DNA from: Octopus bimaculoides | Lineage: Eukaryota | Assembly (NCBI RefSeq): GCF_001194135.2 | Contig: NC_069009.1 | Location: forward strand, 3,544,879-3,608,878 | Direction: 5' to 3' | DNA: 64,000 nucleotides | Part shown: piece by piece, positions 13,111 through 27,189 of the stretch | How positions within the stretch are numbered: the first letter of the stretch is position 1 | How the letters are laid out: each line of letters begins with the position of its first letter | The notes under the pieces: model-generated | The model's input: the letters and a program-made list of their open reading frames with translations, nothing else | The model's database searches: none | What the model was told of the DNA's origin: nothing | Position numbers and translations under genes: made by a program

Positions 13111-16100
13111 ATTCAATTCATAGCAAAAGAGATTGATAGAAAAAGTACATAGCTTAAAAAAATAAAGAAGTACTAGGGTTCATTCATTCAAGTAAAGTTT
13201 TTTCAAGGCAGTGTCCCAGCATGGCCGCTGTCAAATGGCTGAAATGACTCAAAGATAAAGGACAAAAAATAGATGAACATGAAGTTTCCATTGACGACTT
13301 CGTTGTCACCGCCATCGTCGTCATCAGTGATGTCATTATCTTTAGAAGGGGTGCTGAAAGTTCCTATAATGGAATCTAATAAAGGTAATGGCGTGGCTGT
13401 GTGGTTACAAGCTTGCTTCACAGTCACATGGTTCCAGGTTCAGGCCCACTGTGTAGCACTTTGGGCAAATGTCTCCTACTATAGCTTTGGGCCAAAGACA
13501 CTTGCTCAAGGTGTCATGCAGTGGGACTGAACCTGGAACAATGTGGTTGGGAAGCAAGTCACACCTGCAGTTATATATGTAAGGAAATAAAAAATTGTAG
13601 GTGTAGATGATCTTTAATTCATAATCCAGATTGGTACAGAATCAATATACATTTGAAAAATTGTTTTGGAGTCTAATTAATTCAAAAGACAAAAGCAAAA
13701 AATTATTCTGAAAAAAAATTAGATTCTTCATAAGGAATGAATAATTACGACTAACAAAAATGACAGAAAGACCTTTCATAGCACAGACAGGAATGAATAT
13801 ATAATGATAGAATGAAAGATCACTAGAATGCTAGATAATTCAAAACCAGAAAAATATATATAAAAAAACCACTACAAAAATAATAGGTTATCTAATCAAA
13901 AATTAAAAATTAATAACTACAAACTGGTATATTATTCACTAAAAAGTAATAAACGTTCTAATTCAAAGTTAAAAATATGGTAATATCAAATGAAAATAAA
14001 AATAAAAAGCAAGTCTTTTGTTCATAAAATGGCCATCTACAAGAAAAACAGTAGAATGGATAAAGAGAAAGAGTAGTATTAGTGAGAGGAGAGGAAAGAG
14101 TAATACAGTGAAGGAGAGGTAGAGAGAATAATAGCCATGACTGAAAGAGTGAGAGAAAGTAATAACTGTTTGAGAAAGAAGAACGCGGTGTGTATCCTCT
14201 GTTCTCAACATTTGAATGAAGGAAGGGGTCAATAAAGTAAAAAAAAAAAAAACAGCTATTCAACTCTGTGTGAGTATATAAGTTCAACTAAAGGTTAGAA
14301 ACCTCATTAAGGGATAACAAAATCCAATGAATATACTGGTTTATTACCTATTACAAAAAGTATTGAATATTACATTTAATATTCAACTGTAAGGTAATTG
14401 AATAAACTGGGGTTTATATATATTTTTAAGGAAATAAGAAAATAGAGATAATTAAATTAAAATAATTATTTATTAATTAATTAGTATAATTAAAAACATT
14501 TTAAAGTTGAATCTCATCAGAGGTGGAAAAAGTTATACTTTTACATTTTCATATTATTGTGTGCTGAGTGAAGGGAACAAATCCACCGTCAGAGATAGGG
14601 TCCAATTTTGTAATTAATAAATAATTAATTTAATTATCTCTATTTTCTTACACACACACACACACACACACACAAATATATATGTATGTATGTGTGTGTG
14701 TGTGTGTATATATATATATGTATATATATATATATAAACAATATATGAGTATGTGCATATATATGTACATGTATGTATATACCTTCATCCACATGTACAT
14801 ATAGATACATAACTGGGTACATGACGTGGCAAAAGAACATGGACAAAATGGTAAACAAGGTGCAACAAACAAGCAGGCCACATAGAAACAACTCCTTCAT
14901 CAGCTGCCACCATTAAAACCCCGGCGTTTCGAAGAATTAAGGCAGTAAGTTTTAACTATTTTTATATATATATANNNNNNNNNNNNNNNNNNNNNNNNNN
15001 NNNNNNNNNNNNNNNNNNNNNNNNNNNNNNNNNNNNNNNNNNNNNNNNNNNNNNNNNNNNNNNNNNNNNNNNNNNNNNNNNNNNNNNNNNNNNNNNNNNN
15101 NNNNNNNNNNNNNNNNNNNNNNNNNNNNNNNNNNNNNNNNNNNNNNNNNNNNNNNNNNNNNNNNNNNNNNNNNNNNNNNNNNNNNNNNNNNNNNNNNNNN
15201 NNNNNNNNNNNNNNNNNNNNNNNNNNNNNNNNNNNNNNNNNNNNNNNNNNNNNNNNNNNNNNNNNNNNNNNNNNNNNNNNNNNTTACTCTTACTTCCTGT
15301 TTCTGTTGTGCCTGTAATTCAAAGGGTCATCCTTGTCACACTGTGTCATGCTGAATATCCCCGAGAACTACGTTAAGGGTACACGTGTCTGTGGAGTGCT
15401 CAGCCACTTGCACGTTAATTTCACGAGCAGGCTGTTCTGTTGATTGGATCAACTGGAACCCTCGACATCGTAAGCGACGGAGTGCCAACACACACACATA
15501 TATATATATAAGGATTTACTTTTCGTAATGAGATAAAAAAACCAAGGATGTGTATAATATAGAACATTTATAAATTGTGGTGCAGGAGTGGCTGTGTGGT
15601 AAGTAGCTTGCTTACAAACCACATGGTTCCGGGTTCAGTCCCACTGTGTGGCACCTTGGGCAAGTGTCTTCTACTATAGCTTCGGGCCGACCAAAGCCTT
15701 GTGAGAGGATTTGGTTGACGGAAACCGAAATATATGTATATATGTATGTGTATATGTTTGTGTGTTTGTGTTTGTCCCCCCAACATCGCTTGACAACCGA
15801 TACTGGTGCCACGCAGTGGGAATGAACCTGGAACCATGCGGTTCGTAAGCAAGCTACTTGCCACTCCTACGCCTATGTTGAATAAAATCATAACTAACTG
15901 ATCTTCCAGCATTTTCTTTTATTCAAAGCCAAGAACTTTTAGGACCATCTTGTATACGCACGGACACACACACACACACACACACTTTGTGTCTGTGTTT
16001 GTACCCCCCTCTCACCGCTTGAAACTGGTGTCATGCTTACATCCCTGTAACTTAGCAGTTTGACAAAATTGACCGATAGAATATGTACCAGGCTTAAAAA

Positions 16101-17329
16101 AAATAAGCCCTGGAGTCAATTTGTTCGATTAAAACCTTTCATGGCAGTGCTCCAGCATGGCCGCAGTCAATATCATTTAGTATTACACAAGATTTTAATT
16201 GGAGCTGCTATTAGTTTCATACTATGAAAACACAATAAACCCTTTCTCGCACGCACGCACGCACGCATGCACACACACACATCTGAATGTTCTGAACGAG
16301 TTGAGAGCCTGTGCGTGGTTTCTCGACTTGCTAGAAATAGCAGCCCTCATCAGAAAAGGGACGCGTTGAATAATGTTGTGATCCTGGGATCCCCACCACT
16401 CCAACTGCCATCACCACCATACATATACACACGAGAGGAGGCGCGATGGTCACGCTTGGAAAACCGGCCGATGATCATGATCTATTCGTTCAGGATTAAT
16501 CTGGAGTTAAACAATTGTTTTAGCTCCATAGCTTTCATTCTCTCTCTCTCTCTATCTATCTGTGACTTCTATATCTCTGTCTCTTCTCCTCATTTCTCCT
16601 TCTTTCTCTCTCTTTCAATGTGTGTCTATAATTCGTTGGAAAACCGATGATCATGATCAATTCGTTCAGGATTAACCCGGGGTTAAACAATTGTTTTAGC
16701 TCTATAGCTTTCATTCTCTCTCTCTCTCTCTCTATCTGTCTGTGACTTCTATATCTCTGTCTCTTCTCCTTCTTTCTCTCTCTTTCAATGTGTGTCTATA
16801 ATTCGCATTTGTTCCGCTTTCATTCATTCATTCATTCAACGGCACGCACGCATTCATTCAAACTAAGTACATTTTAGCGCCAAATTGTTTGTTATTGAGT
16901 CACAAGTCAGTCATTATTCTATCCTCTGCCCCCTCCCTCTTATATTCTTTCTTTTTCCACCTTCCCTTCCCTTCTTTGGTTCTCACTTTCCTCTCCCTTT
17001 TTCTCCTTTTCCTTTTGTCTCTCTCTCTCTATTTCCATACTACTTCTCTCTCTCCCTTCTCTTTCTCTCTCCCCTCGTTGTGTTTTGACTCTCTCTTTCC
17101 TCTGTCACCAAGAAACTTCTTTCTCTCTTTTTCTCGATGTTCTCTCTCCCCTCCCTCTCTTTCTTTGCTTTTTCTCTTTCTTTTCTCTCCCTCCCTCCCT
17201 CTATTTCTTTGCTTTTCCCCTTCCTTCTCTTTCTTTTCTCTCCCTCCCGTCTCCGTTTTAATAGCTATTTTGATTTCATTCCCTTCCTCTCCCTATTTCA
17301 TTATTTTCCCCTTATTACCTTTCTTGGAT

Positions 17330-17451
17330 CTTTCTGATTTGACGGGCAACACTTGTTTTCTTAACGAAACACTTTCAAACTTGGGACACTGGTAGAATGT
17401 GTCATATAAAACAACTTCTTCTCTTAGCCTTCTTAACAAAAATTAGGGATT
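17330..17451. repeat. Unclassified dispersed repeat fragment (also 18040-18230 and 51285-51480)
   Basis: Shared block aacactttcaaacttgggacactggtagaatgtgtcatataaaaca. Confidence 0.55.
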
Positions 17452-18459
17452 NNNNNNNNNNNNNNNNNNNNNNNNNNNNNNNNNNNNNNNNNNNNNNNNN
17501 NNNNNNNNNNNNNNNNNNNNNNNNNNNNNNNNNNNNNNNNNNNNNNNNNNNNNNNNNNNNNNNNNNNNNNNNNNNNNNNNNNNNNNNNNNNNNNNNNNNN
17601 NNNNNNNNNNNNNNNNNNNNNNNNNNNNNNNNNNNNNNNNNNNNNNNNNNNNNNNNNNNNNNNNNNNNNNNNNNNNNNNNNNNNNNNNNNNNNNNNNNNN
17701 NNNNNNNNNNNNNNNNNNNNNNNNNNNNNNNNNNNNNNNNNNNNNNNNNNNNNNNNNNNNNNNNNNNNNNNNNNNNNNNNNNNNNNNNNNNNNNNNNNNN
17801 NNNNNNNNNNNNNNNNNNNNNNNNNNNNNNNNNNNNNNNNNNNNNNNNNNNNNNNNNNNNNNNNNNNNNNNNNNNNNNNNNNNNNNNNNNNNNNNNNNNN
17901 NNNNNNNNNNNNNNNNNNNNNNNNNNNNNNNNNNNNNNNNNNNNNNNNNNNNNNNNNNNNNNNNNNNNNNNNNNNNNNNNNNNNNNNNNNNNNNNNNNNN
18001 NNNNNNNNNNNNNNNNNNNNNNNNNNNNNNNNNNNNNNNTCTTGGATCTTTCTGATTTGACGGGCAACACTTGTTTTCTTAACGAAACACTTTCAAACTT
18101 GGGACACTGGTAGAATGTGTCATATAAAACAACTTCTTCTCTTAGCCTTCTTAACAAAAATTAGGGATTTTTATGATTTGACGGGCAACACTTGTTTTAT
18201 GTAGTATTTTTGGTACCGAAACACTTTCATTCTCTTTTATCCCTCTCATAACCTTAATTTCAGTTTGTTGTTCTGTGTTTCTCATTATATATATATCATC
18301 CCCTCTTTTAAACTCTTAATTTATCATCTTTTGCTCAATTTTCATCAATCTTTCTCGTTTTTCACGCGACATTTCGGTCTCTCTTCTTTTACTCTTTTAC
18401 TCTGCCTCCCACTCACTTGTATTGCATTCCTCTATTTCTTTCTCTTTACTCCTTTACAC

Positions 18460-18660
18460 CTTTACTTGTTTCAGTCTTTTGACTGTGGCCATGCTGGAGC
18501 ACCGCCTTTAGTCGAGCAAATCGACCCCAGGACTTATTCTTTAGAAGCCTAGTACTTATTCTATTGGTTTCTTTTCCCGAACCGCTAAGTTACGGGGACA
18601 TAAACACACCAGCATCGGTTGTCAAGCGATGTTGGGGGGGACAAACACAGACACAAACAT

Positions 18661-18691
<31 letters not shown>

Positions 18692-18800
18692 CATATATAC
18701 GACGGGCTTCTTTCAGTTTCCGCCTACCAAATCCACTCACAAGGCTTTGGTCGGTCAGAGGCTATAGTAGAAGACACTTGCCCAAGATGCCACGCAGTGT
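18460..18800 (-). mobile_element. 5'-truncated SINE family A flanked by direct repeats of about 175 bp
   Basis: Reverse complement of family A; flanks 18271-18446 and 18801-18977 are near-identical. Confidence 0.85.
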
Positions 18801-19140
18801 TTCTGTGTTTCTCATTATATATATATCATCCCCTCTTTTAAACTCTTAATTTATCATCTTTTGCTCAATTTTCATCAATCTTTCTCGTTTTTCACGCGAC
18901 ATTTCGGTCTCTCTTTCTCTCTCTCTTTTACTCTGCCTCCCACTCACTTGTATTGCATTCCTCTATCTCTTTCTCTCGTGATTTTCTCTCTAACTTTCCA
19001 TTCCCTTTCATTTGCTACTCTCCTCATTCCTCATTACGCATCCACTGTCCCCTTCAGAATTATTTCTCTCCTTCCCTCCTACTCTTTCTAATTTCTCTTT
19101 CTCTCCAATATTACTCTCTTTCTCTTTACTTTATTCCTCA

Positions 19141-19763
19141 GGCGCAGGAGTGGCTGTGTGGTAAGTAGCTTGCTTACCAACCACATGGTTCCGGGTTCAT
19201 TCCCACTGCATGGAACCTTGGGCAAGTGTCTTCTACTATAGCCTCGGGCCGACCAAAGCCTTGTGAGTGGATTTGGTAGACGGAAACTGAAAGAAGCCCG
19301 TCGTATATACGTATGTATATATANNNNNNNNNNNNNNNNNNNNNNNNNNNNNNNNNNNNNNNNNNNNNNNNNNNNNNNNNNNNNNNNNNNNNNNNNNNNN
19401 NNNNNNNNNNNNNNNNNNNNNNNNNNNNNNNNNNNNNNNNNNNNNNNNNNNNNNNNNNNNNNNNNNNNNNNNNNNNNNNNNNNNNNNNNNNNNNNNNNNN
19501 NNNNNNNNNNNNNNNNNNNNNNNNNATATATATGTATGTATATGTATGTGTGTGTATATGTTTGTGTGTCTGTGTTTGTCTCCCCAACATCGCTTGACAA
19601 CCGATGCTTGTGTGTTTACGTCCCCGTAACTTAGCAGTTCGGCAAAAGAGATTGATAGAGTAAGTACTAGGCTTCCAAAGAATAAGTCCTGGGGTAGATT
19701 TGCTCGACTAAAGGTGGTGCTCCAGCATGGCCGCAGTCAAATGACTGAGACAAGTAAAAGAGT
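19141..19763 (+). mobile_element. SINE family A, full length (gap in internal microsatellite)
   Basis: Head ggcgcaggagtggctgtgtgg through tail aagtaaaagagtaa. Confidence 0.9.
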
Positions 19764-19769
19764 AATTGT

Positions 19770-21160
19770 TCCTCCTCCTACTTCCTTATCTCTGCACCGT
19801 TGTCGTCTGCTTCTTGAATATTCATTCATCCTTCTGTATTCACCCTCTTTTTCTCTCTCAAACTATTTATTCCTCTCTCTTTTCTCCCCCCCTTCTTCCT
19901 CTCTCTTCCTTCCTCTGTCTTTTTCCTTCACTTCTCTCACTTACACCGTTGTCGTCTGCTTTCGTCTGAACTCTCTTCATTCTTCTCCCCTTCCCTATCA
20001 CCCCTCTCTCCTTTTCAATCCCTCACTATCTTTCTCGCTTTCTCTCTCTTTTACCCTTTAATCACCCCCTCCTCCCTCTCTCTTTTATTCTCATATAGAA
20101 ACTTTTACTTAACTCTCCCTCCCTCTGTTAGATTACTCCTCATCCCCTGAACTCAGCACCTCTCTATTTATCAATCTATCCCTTGTTTTTCTTATCCCCC
20201 TTTCTTTCAATCCTTTACTCTGTCTTTTCTTCATGCTTCTCTTTAAACACTATCTCTTTGTTTTTATCCCCTCCTCCAATGAAAATTATTACTCTTTCAC
20301 TTTCTTCTCCTCCTCCTCATTGCCCCGCTTAATTGTTAGCTCCCTCTCTCAATCCCAAATTTCCCCCTCCTTCTCTCGCTGTATCTGACACTCTTTTTAC
20401 TCACTCGCTTTTTCCCCTCACCTTTTACTACTCCTCATTCACTCTCCCTCTCACCTTCAATCAATCTGTTGTTGTTGACCTCCCACTCTCTCTTTTTTTG
20501 AATCTCATTCTGTCTCTCCTCCCATTCCTCCTATATATTTCTAGTATTTCTTTCGCCTCCTCTGCCTCACACTACTTTGCTACGCTTCTTTCCCTTCATT
20601 GTATAATTACTTTCATTGTCACCCTCTGCCTATATTTCTGCTCTTTCTTTCTCACTCCCTTAGTATTTTAACTCTTTCTTTGGTTCACCTTTCCCCCTCT
20701 TCCTTTCTCTATATTTATACTGTTTCACTACTTTTTTACTCCCTCTCTATTCCAACCCTTCCTTCTCCAATCTCTTAACCCTCTTTATACACCTACTCTT
20801 TCTCCTCCATCTCCTTCTCCTCCTGCTACTCTTTTTCATTCCTCCTGCTCTCAATATATATATATCTCTGTTCCTCTTCCTCATTTCCTTATCTCATTGT
20901 ATTTCTACCCTTTCTCCTAACACCCTCCTCCCACACTATTTCCATTATCTTTCTCTCCGCCCCTCTTTGTGTTCTTACTCTTTCTTCTAAACCCTCCTTC
21001 TTCCATTCTATTTCTAGGCTTTCTCTCGCTCTCTCTGTGTGTCATACTCTTTCTCTTCCTCTTTCTGCCAGCCCTCCCCTACTCTACCCACCTGCTGCTT
21101 TTATTCTTCTTCTTCTTTCTCCCGTCATTCATTCTGTGTTTTCTTATTGTCAACCGCTTT
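19770..21160. repeat. Long polypyrimidine (CT-rich) low-complexity tract
   Basis: Visible directly; similar tracts at 16880-17330 and (GA-rich) 49260-49700. Confidence 0.9.
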
Positions 21161-21180
21161 ACTTTACGCAGCTACTTATC

Positions 21181-21219
<39 letters not shown>

Positions 21220-21751
21220 ATATTGCTATCTATATTGTGTATTATACTCCAACGGTTAAATCAAGACATTTCAGGTATGTATATAACTCTTTCTTTTTTT
21301 CTTTCTTTCAGATCCCCCCACACATATATACGCTCACACAAATATACATACTTACGTAAATATATACGTAAACAATAATTTTCAACATCTACATGTAAAC
21401 AATTATATATGCATACACGTTCAAACCAATTATACACATATACATACGCATACATATAGAAAAATAGTGTGTGCGTATATAAATATCTCTTTGTGTTTAT
21501 GTCTATATATACACACGCACATTTAGATATACATACATATATACACTAGCACATACATGCTCATATATATATATATNNNNNNNNNNNNNNNNNNNNNNNN
21601 NNNNNNNNNNNNNNNNNNNNNNNNNNNNNNNNNNNNNNNNNNNNNNNNNNNNNNNNNNNNNNNNNNNNNNNNNNNNNNNNNNNNNNNNNNNNNNNNNNNN
21701 NNNNNNNNNNNNNNNNNNNNNNNNNNNNNNNNNNNNNNNNNNNNNNNNNNN

Positions 21752-21812
<61 letters not shown>

Positions 21813-22503
21813 TTGTGTTTGTGTTTGTGCGCGCGTGTGTATAGATGTGTGTGTGTATTTATATACAGTGTTTACACACACACACGCACGACTGTGAATG
21901 TTTAGAAAATGCCGAAACACTAGCTGCCCTTTCATCTTAGAATATTCCACCCTGGTTCCTTGTCATACAAATCGCCCGCCCGAAATTTACCCGTCATATT
22001 CAAACCTTTCAAATCCTCTCCCTTTCTCTGTCTGTCTCTCTCTCTCTATATATATACACAATGTATATACATATATACACGCACGCACAGTCAGTCACGC
22101 TAATGCAGAAGGTACCATTCCTTCTTGGTCAGTCTACCGGCTAGAAATAGGAGCTAAATCGCTAAAATCTGACTTAGATTATACCCTTCTGTCTTTGTTT
22201 TCCATTTTGTTTCGATCGTTGGACTGCGGCCATGCCGAGGCAGACCCTTGGTGGTTTCAGTTGAACGAATCGATCCCAGTACTATATTTTTCCTTTTTAA
22301 ACATGATACTTAGTATCGAAAGATCGCCGATACTTAATCTATTGGACTCTTATGCAGAACCGTTAGGTTACGGGGACGTAAACAAACCAGCACTGGTTGT
22401 CAAGCGATGTTCGGTTCCTGGTTGTACTGAAGCACACACACACACANNNNNNNNNNNNNNNNNNNNNNNNNNNNNNNNNNNNNNNNNNNNNNNNNNNNNN
22501 NNN

Positions 22504-22544
<41 letters not shown>

Positions 22545-22561
22545 GCGTATTTACATATATC

Positions 22562-22600
<39 letters not shown>

Positions 22601-22789
22601 GGCAGACTTCTTTCAGTTTGTCTAGCAAATCCAGTCAACAAGGAGCTATAGTAAAAGATACTCGGCCAAGGTACCACGCAGTGGGACTGAACCCAGAACT
22701 ATGTGGTTGAGCAAGCAAGCTCCCCACTGCTCAGCTACACACCCGCGCCCTTTGGTGGTGTTAGGAGAGACGTTTCGGTTTGCGATCGG

Positions 22790-24230
22790 AGACCGAGACA
22801 TAGCTGACCTGGTGCTAAAATGATATATTGAATGCTTTCTTCGGTAGTGCTATCGGGCCGACCATATCGCTTCCCTGGGTTAGCAACAGCCGAATATCCT
22901 TCATATGTCACCATACTGTCTTTGAGAAGACGTGTTGTGCATGACTGAATTGTTTCGTCAGATGTCTTTCCAGTCGGGGGCTTACCTAGGGTTAAAAGTC
23001 CCAGGTGGTAGCGTACCAACCAGATCGCTCGATCGGCTACAAATAGCAGCTGAATTTCTAATTTCTAGTGTTGTCTCTGAAAAGGAGTCTTGTCGGTCAC
23101 GAATGGATTGTCTTTGGGCTTAGAGGTCATTTCACTGGGTACTTGCCTAAGGTTAAAAACCCACCATCCAACAAGGCATTATTCGGGGTGTCTCGCTAAA
23201 TAAGGGAGCTTTACCGGTTAGAAATAGCAATCAAATTTCCTTCAAATTACAACCTTACTGTCTTTGAAAAGACGTGTTGGTCACGTCTGGAGAGCCCTTG
23301 CATGGGTCAAGGACTCTGATGGGGTTTGCCTATGGTTAAAATAATGATTTACGATATGGTGGTGGTGTACATAAGCAACGGCCGAATAGCCTTCAAATGA
23401 CTGGACTGGATTGTCTTTGGTCAGAGGTCTTTTCAGGAGGCATTGCTTCGTGGTGGTGATTGGTGTCAGCCAGGTCTCTCGACCGGGCTAGAAATAGCAG
23501 TCGAAATATCTTTTAAATTACGCCATACTCTCGTTGAGCAGACGTGTTGGGCACGACTGGACTCTTTGATCAGAGTTTTTCTCAGTGGAGGTTTACCTAG
23601 GATTAAAATTCTCAATGTGTCGGATACTGTCGTGCCAACCAGGCCTTTTGTCGGCTCGAAATAGCAGCTGAATTTCTAAATTTTAACTTTACTGTCTATG
23701 GAAGCGAGGCGTGTTAGCCACGACGGGACTGTCGTCGATCAGACGGTTTCTCAGTCGGGGGGCTTCCTTGAGGTTAAAACCACTCGGTGTTAGCATGCCA
23801 ACCAGGTCGTTCGGTCAGTCGGCTAGAAATAGCAGTCAAATTTCTAAATTATAACGTTACTATCTTTGAAAAAAATAGAAGTGTCGGTCACAAATGGACT
23901 GTCTTCACCCAAAGTACTTACCTGGAGTCAAAAACCACCACCAACAAGGATTTATTTGGTAGTGTCTCGCTAAATAAATGAGCTCAGCCATTTAGAAATA
24001 GCAGTCAAATCTCCTTCAAATTACAACCTTACTCGTCTTAGGAAAGGCATATAGGTCACGACTGGACTGTCTTTAGTCGTAGGTCTGCCTCAGTCGGGAT
24101 TGACCTGGGGTTAAATAGCCTATTACGATACATTGTGGATGGTTAGAAATTTCGACAGGCTAGAAATGGCAGCTAAGTCTCTTACCGGCTTAAAAAAGAT
24201 GGCTAGATACTGTCTGTTTTTGAAAAACGA
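22790..24230 (+). repeat. Degenerate tandem array of a retroelement-like segment (family D)
   Basis: About 9 variants of (c)ggctagaaatagcag..aaat spaced roughly 120-180 bp, with recurrent cctgggg/aggttaaa motifs. Confidence 0.7.
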
Positions 24231-25052
24231 GAGGGAAAAAGCCTGAAATAAAAATAACAATGCCTGGAATGATTAAATTAGATGGTTAAAAAATTAGCTT
24301 TGTTACTGCGTAATTTCAGGCTTATTTCTATGTCGCATCACCTTAAGTGTCTTTGGCCATTATTTTTTCGGGTGGGTGGTAAGCTGGTAGAATCGTTAGC
24401 ACGCTGGACAAAGGTGCTCGCTTTTACATTCCAAGTTCAAATGTTGCTGAGGTCTACTTTACAATCCCTTTGGGGTCGATAAAATAAGTACCAGTCGACC
24501 TCTGGGGTCAATATAATGGACTACCACCACCACCACCAAATTTTGCTGGCCTCGGACCAACATTGGAAAGAATCCCTTAAGCCGACGAGCTGGTATTTCT
24601 TCTGGCTAATTGTTTTATGTTCTGGGTTCAAATTCCGCTGTAGTCAACTTTGTTTCTCATCCTAAAATTAAGTACCACTTGAGCACTGGGTGGTCGATAA
24701 AATCGACTTGCTCCCTCCCCACCCTAAAATTTCTAGCCTTGAACGTATAGTAGAAAGAATTGCTTTAGGTTGAAGTGTTGTGAATAAAATTTGGCTGACG
24801 AAAACGGGGCTCCCCCTCCCCACACTGGAGGGCTTGTCCTTGTTCTAGGATGGCAGACTTAATATGTTCTGTAGATCTCAACTCTCAGCTCTCTCCTGNN
24901 NNNNNNNNNNNNNNNNNNNNNNNNNNNNNNNNNNNNNNNNNNNNNNNNNNNNNNNNNNNNNNNNNNNNNNNNNNNNNNNNNNNNNNNNNNNNNNNNNNNN
25001 NNNNNNNNNNNNNNNNNNNNNNNNNNNNNNNNNNNNNNNNNNNNNNNNNNNN

Positions 25053-26465
25053 TGTTTTCGATCTAGTTTGGATTCTTTGCCATCAAATTTGAATTCTTTT
25101 TTCTAAAATTTTCTAAACTCTTTTTCTAAACATTTTTTCTGAAATTTTCTGAACTTTTTTCCTAAAATTTTCTAAACTTTTTTATAAAATTTTCTAAACT
25201 TTTTATCTAAAATTTTCTATAAATCAAAAAAGGGATCAATAATTTTTCAAGAACTCTGTTGGATTAAAGAAATTACAAATCATTTAAGGGCTGTAAATAT
25301 ATTTTCTAATTTTTAACTCAAAACTAAACTTCTGTGAATTAAAGGGATTCCCACTGCTTGGAGTGCCCCTATCTTGAGCGCTCCTAGACCATAGCCCATA
25401 CATAAATCTGACCTTGATCATGAACCTGATAACCTAGCTCCAATGCTTACACAGGCTAGGCTCTTGAAGGGCCTCTTGGGGTTAAAACTGATGACTATTT
25501 CTGAAGTGAGTGCCATTGAAAATATTCTAATTTGCTCAGGTGGAAATATTAAAATCCAGTAAAAATTAAGTCAACCGCTTAAGCAAGCTTTGCTAAGAGA
25601 TAACTAAGGACCAGGTGGTTGTTGTGATAAACTGTGACGCAGATTAAGCCTCACACTTAATGCCAGATTAAGATTTCTCAGGCTCCCTAGGCTACGAGAA
25701 ATTTTAACTCCCAGTAATACTAACAAACAATGCTGGATTAGCCATTGAGCAAAATAAGCACATGACTGGGGCATAAAGGAAAAGGGGACACCACAGAAAT
25801 GGTAAATGGTTTATGGCACAAAAGAAATTACTTTGAATCTGTTAAAATAATATTCAAAGTAGTTTACATGATCGGAAATATAATTTTAAAGTGTCATAGT
25901 GAGGATTTGATCAAAGACCTTCTGATTAAAAAAAAAGTAGAAGAAAACTTTGTAAATATAAATAAAGTGGAATTATAGAAAAATAAACATTATTTTCCAT
26001 CTTACTGTTAGTTTTTGATTCATTATGGAAAATAAAAATATATTTTATACTTTATTATTGTTTAGATTTTGAATTACAAATATATGGGGGCACCAAAGTC
26101 TTATAAGTGTTTAGGGCCTCTATGGGTCTTAAACTGGCCCTGGCCTTTGTAATGTATTCCTAGATACACCATGCCTAAACAGCTTAAAACACAGAAGAAA
26201 TCACTTTGCACTTGCTAAAAATAATATACGAATTGGTTTATATGATCAGAAATATATAAATGTTTTCGATCTAGTTTGGATACTTTGCCATCAAATTTGA
26301 ATTCTTTGCAATCAAATTTGATGGCAAAGGATTCAAATTTGATTGCTGAGAATTCAAATTTGATTGCTGAGAATTCAAATTTGATGGCAAAGAATTCAAA
26401 TTTTGATTTATAGAAAATTTTAGGAAAAAAGTTTAGAAAATTTTAGAAAAAAAGTTTAGAAAAAC
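25053..26465. repeat. Foldback-like structure built from short AT-rich subrepeats
   Basis: 25053-25100 is repeated directly at 26261-26308. The (ttttctaaaattttctaaac)-type array at 25104-25229 is inverted at 26403-26463. 21-bp units gaattcaaatttgattgctga lie between. Confidence 0.6.
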
Positions 26466-27189
26466 GTGTTTAGGTAGCTGGGTGGTAAGAAGCATGCTTC
26501 CAAACCACATGTTTCTAGGTTCAGTCCCACTGTGTTGCACCTTAGGCAAATATTGTTGTCTATAAACCATGGGCTGACCAACATCTTGTGAGTGGATTTG
26601 GTTGACAGAAACTGAATGAAACCTGTTGTGTATAGATAATCTTTTCTACTCTAGGCACAAGGCCCAAAATTTTGGGGGAGGGAGCCAGTCAATTAGATCG
26701 ACTCCAGTACGCAACTGGTACTTGATTTATCAACCCTGAAAGAATGAAAGGCGAAGTTGACCTCGGTGGTATTTGAACTCAGAATGTAAAAAAAGACGAA
26801 ATACCACGAAGCATTTCGCCCAGCGTGCCAGTTTGCGGCCTTGTTGTGTANNNNNNNNNNTAAGTACTAGGCTTACAAAGAATAAGTCTTGGGGTTGATT
26901 TCTAAGACTAAAACCCTTTAATGAAGTGCTCCAGCATGGCCGCAAATGAGTGAAACAAGTAAAAGAATTTTTTTTAAAAATGAATAAAGGGGCAAAAAAA
27001 TTGGTCAGAATTATAATTTTTGTCGCATACAACCCCAAGATACTAAAATAATTGCAGGAGTGGCCGTGTGGTAAGTAGCTTGCTTACCAACCACATGGTT
27101 CTGGGTTCAGTCCCACTGCATGGCACCTTGGGCAAGTATCTTCTACTATAGCCTCGGGCCGACCAAAGCCTTGTGAGTGGATTTGGTAG

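Noticed and set aside
14880-14960. Minus-strand GAAAC...CUGAUGA motifs in a TA-associated repeat (relative at about 40965)
   Set aside because: Core halves are present, but no permutation gives a complete stem I/stem III/NUH set. At most a decayed ribozyme; worth rechecking against a family consensus.
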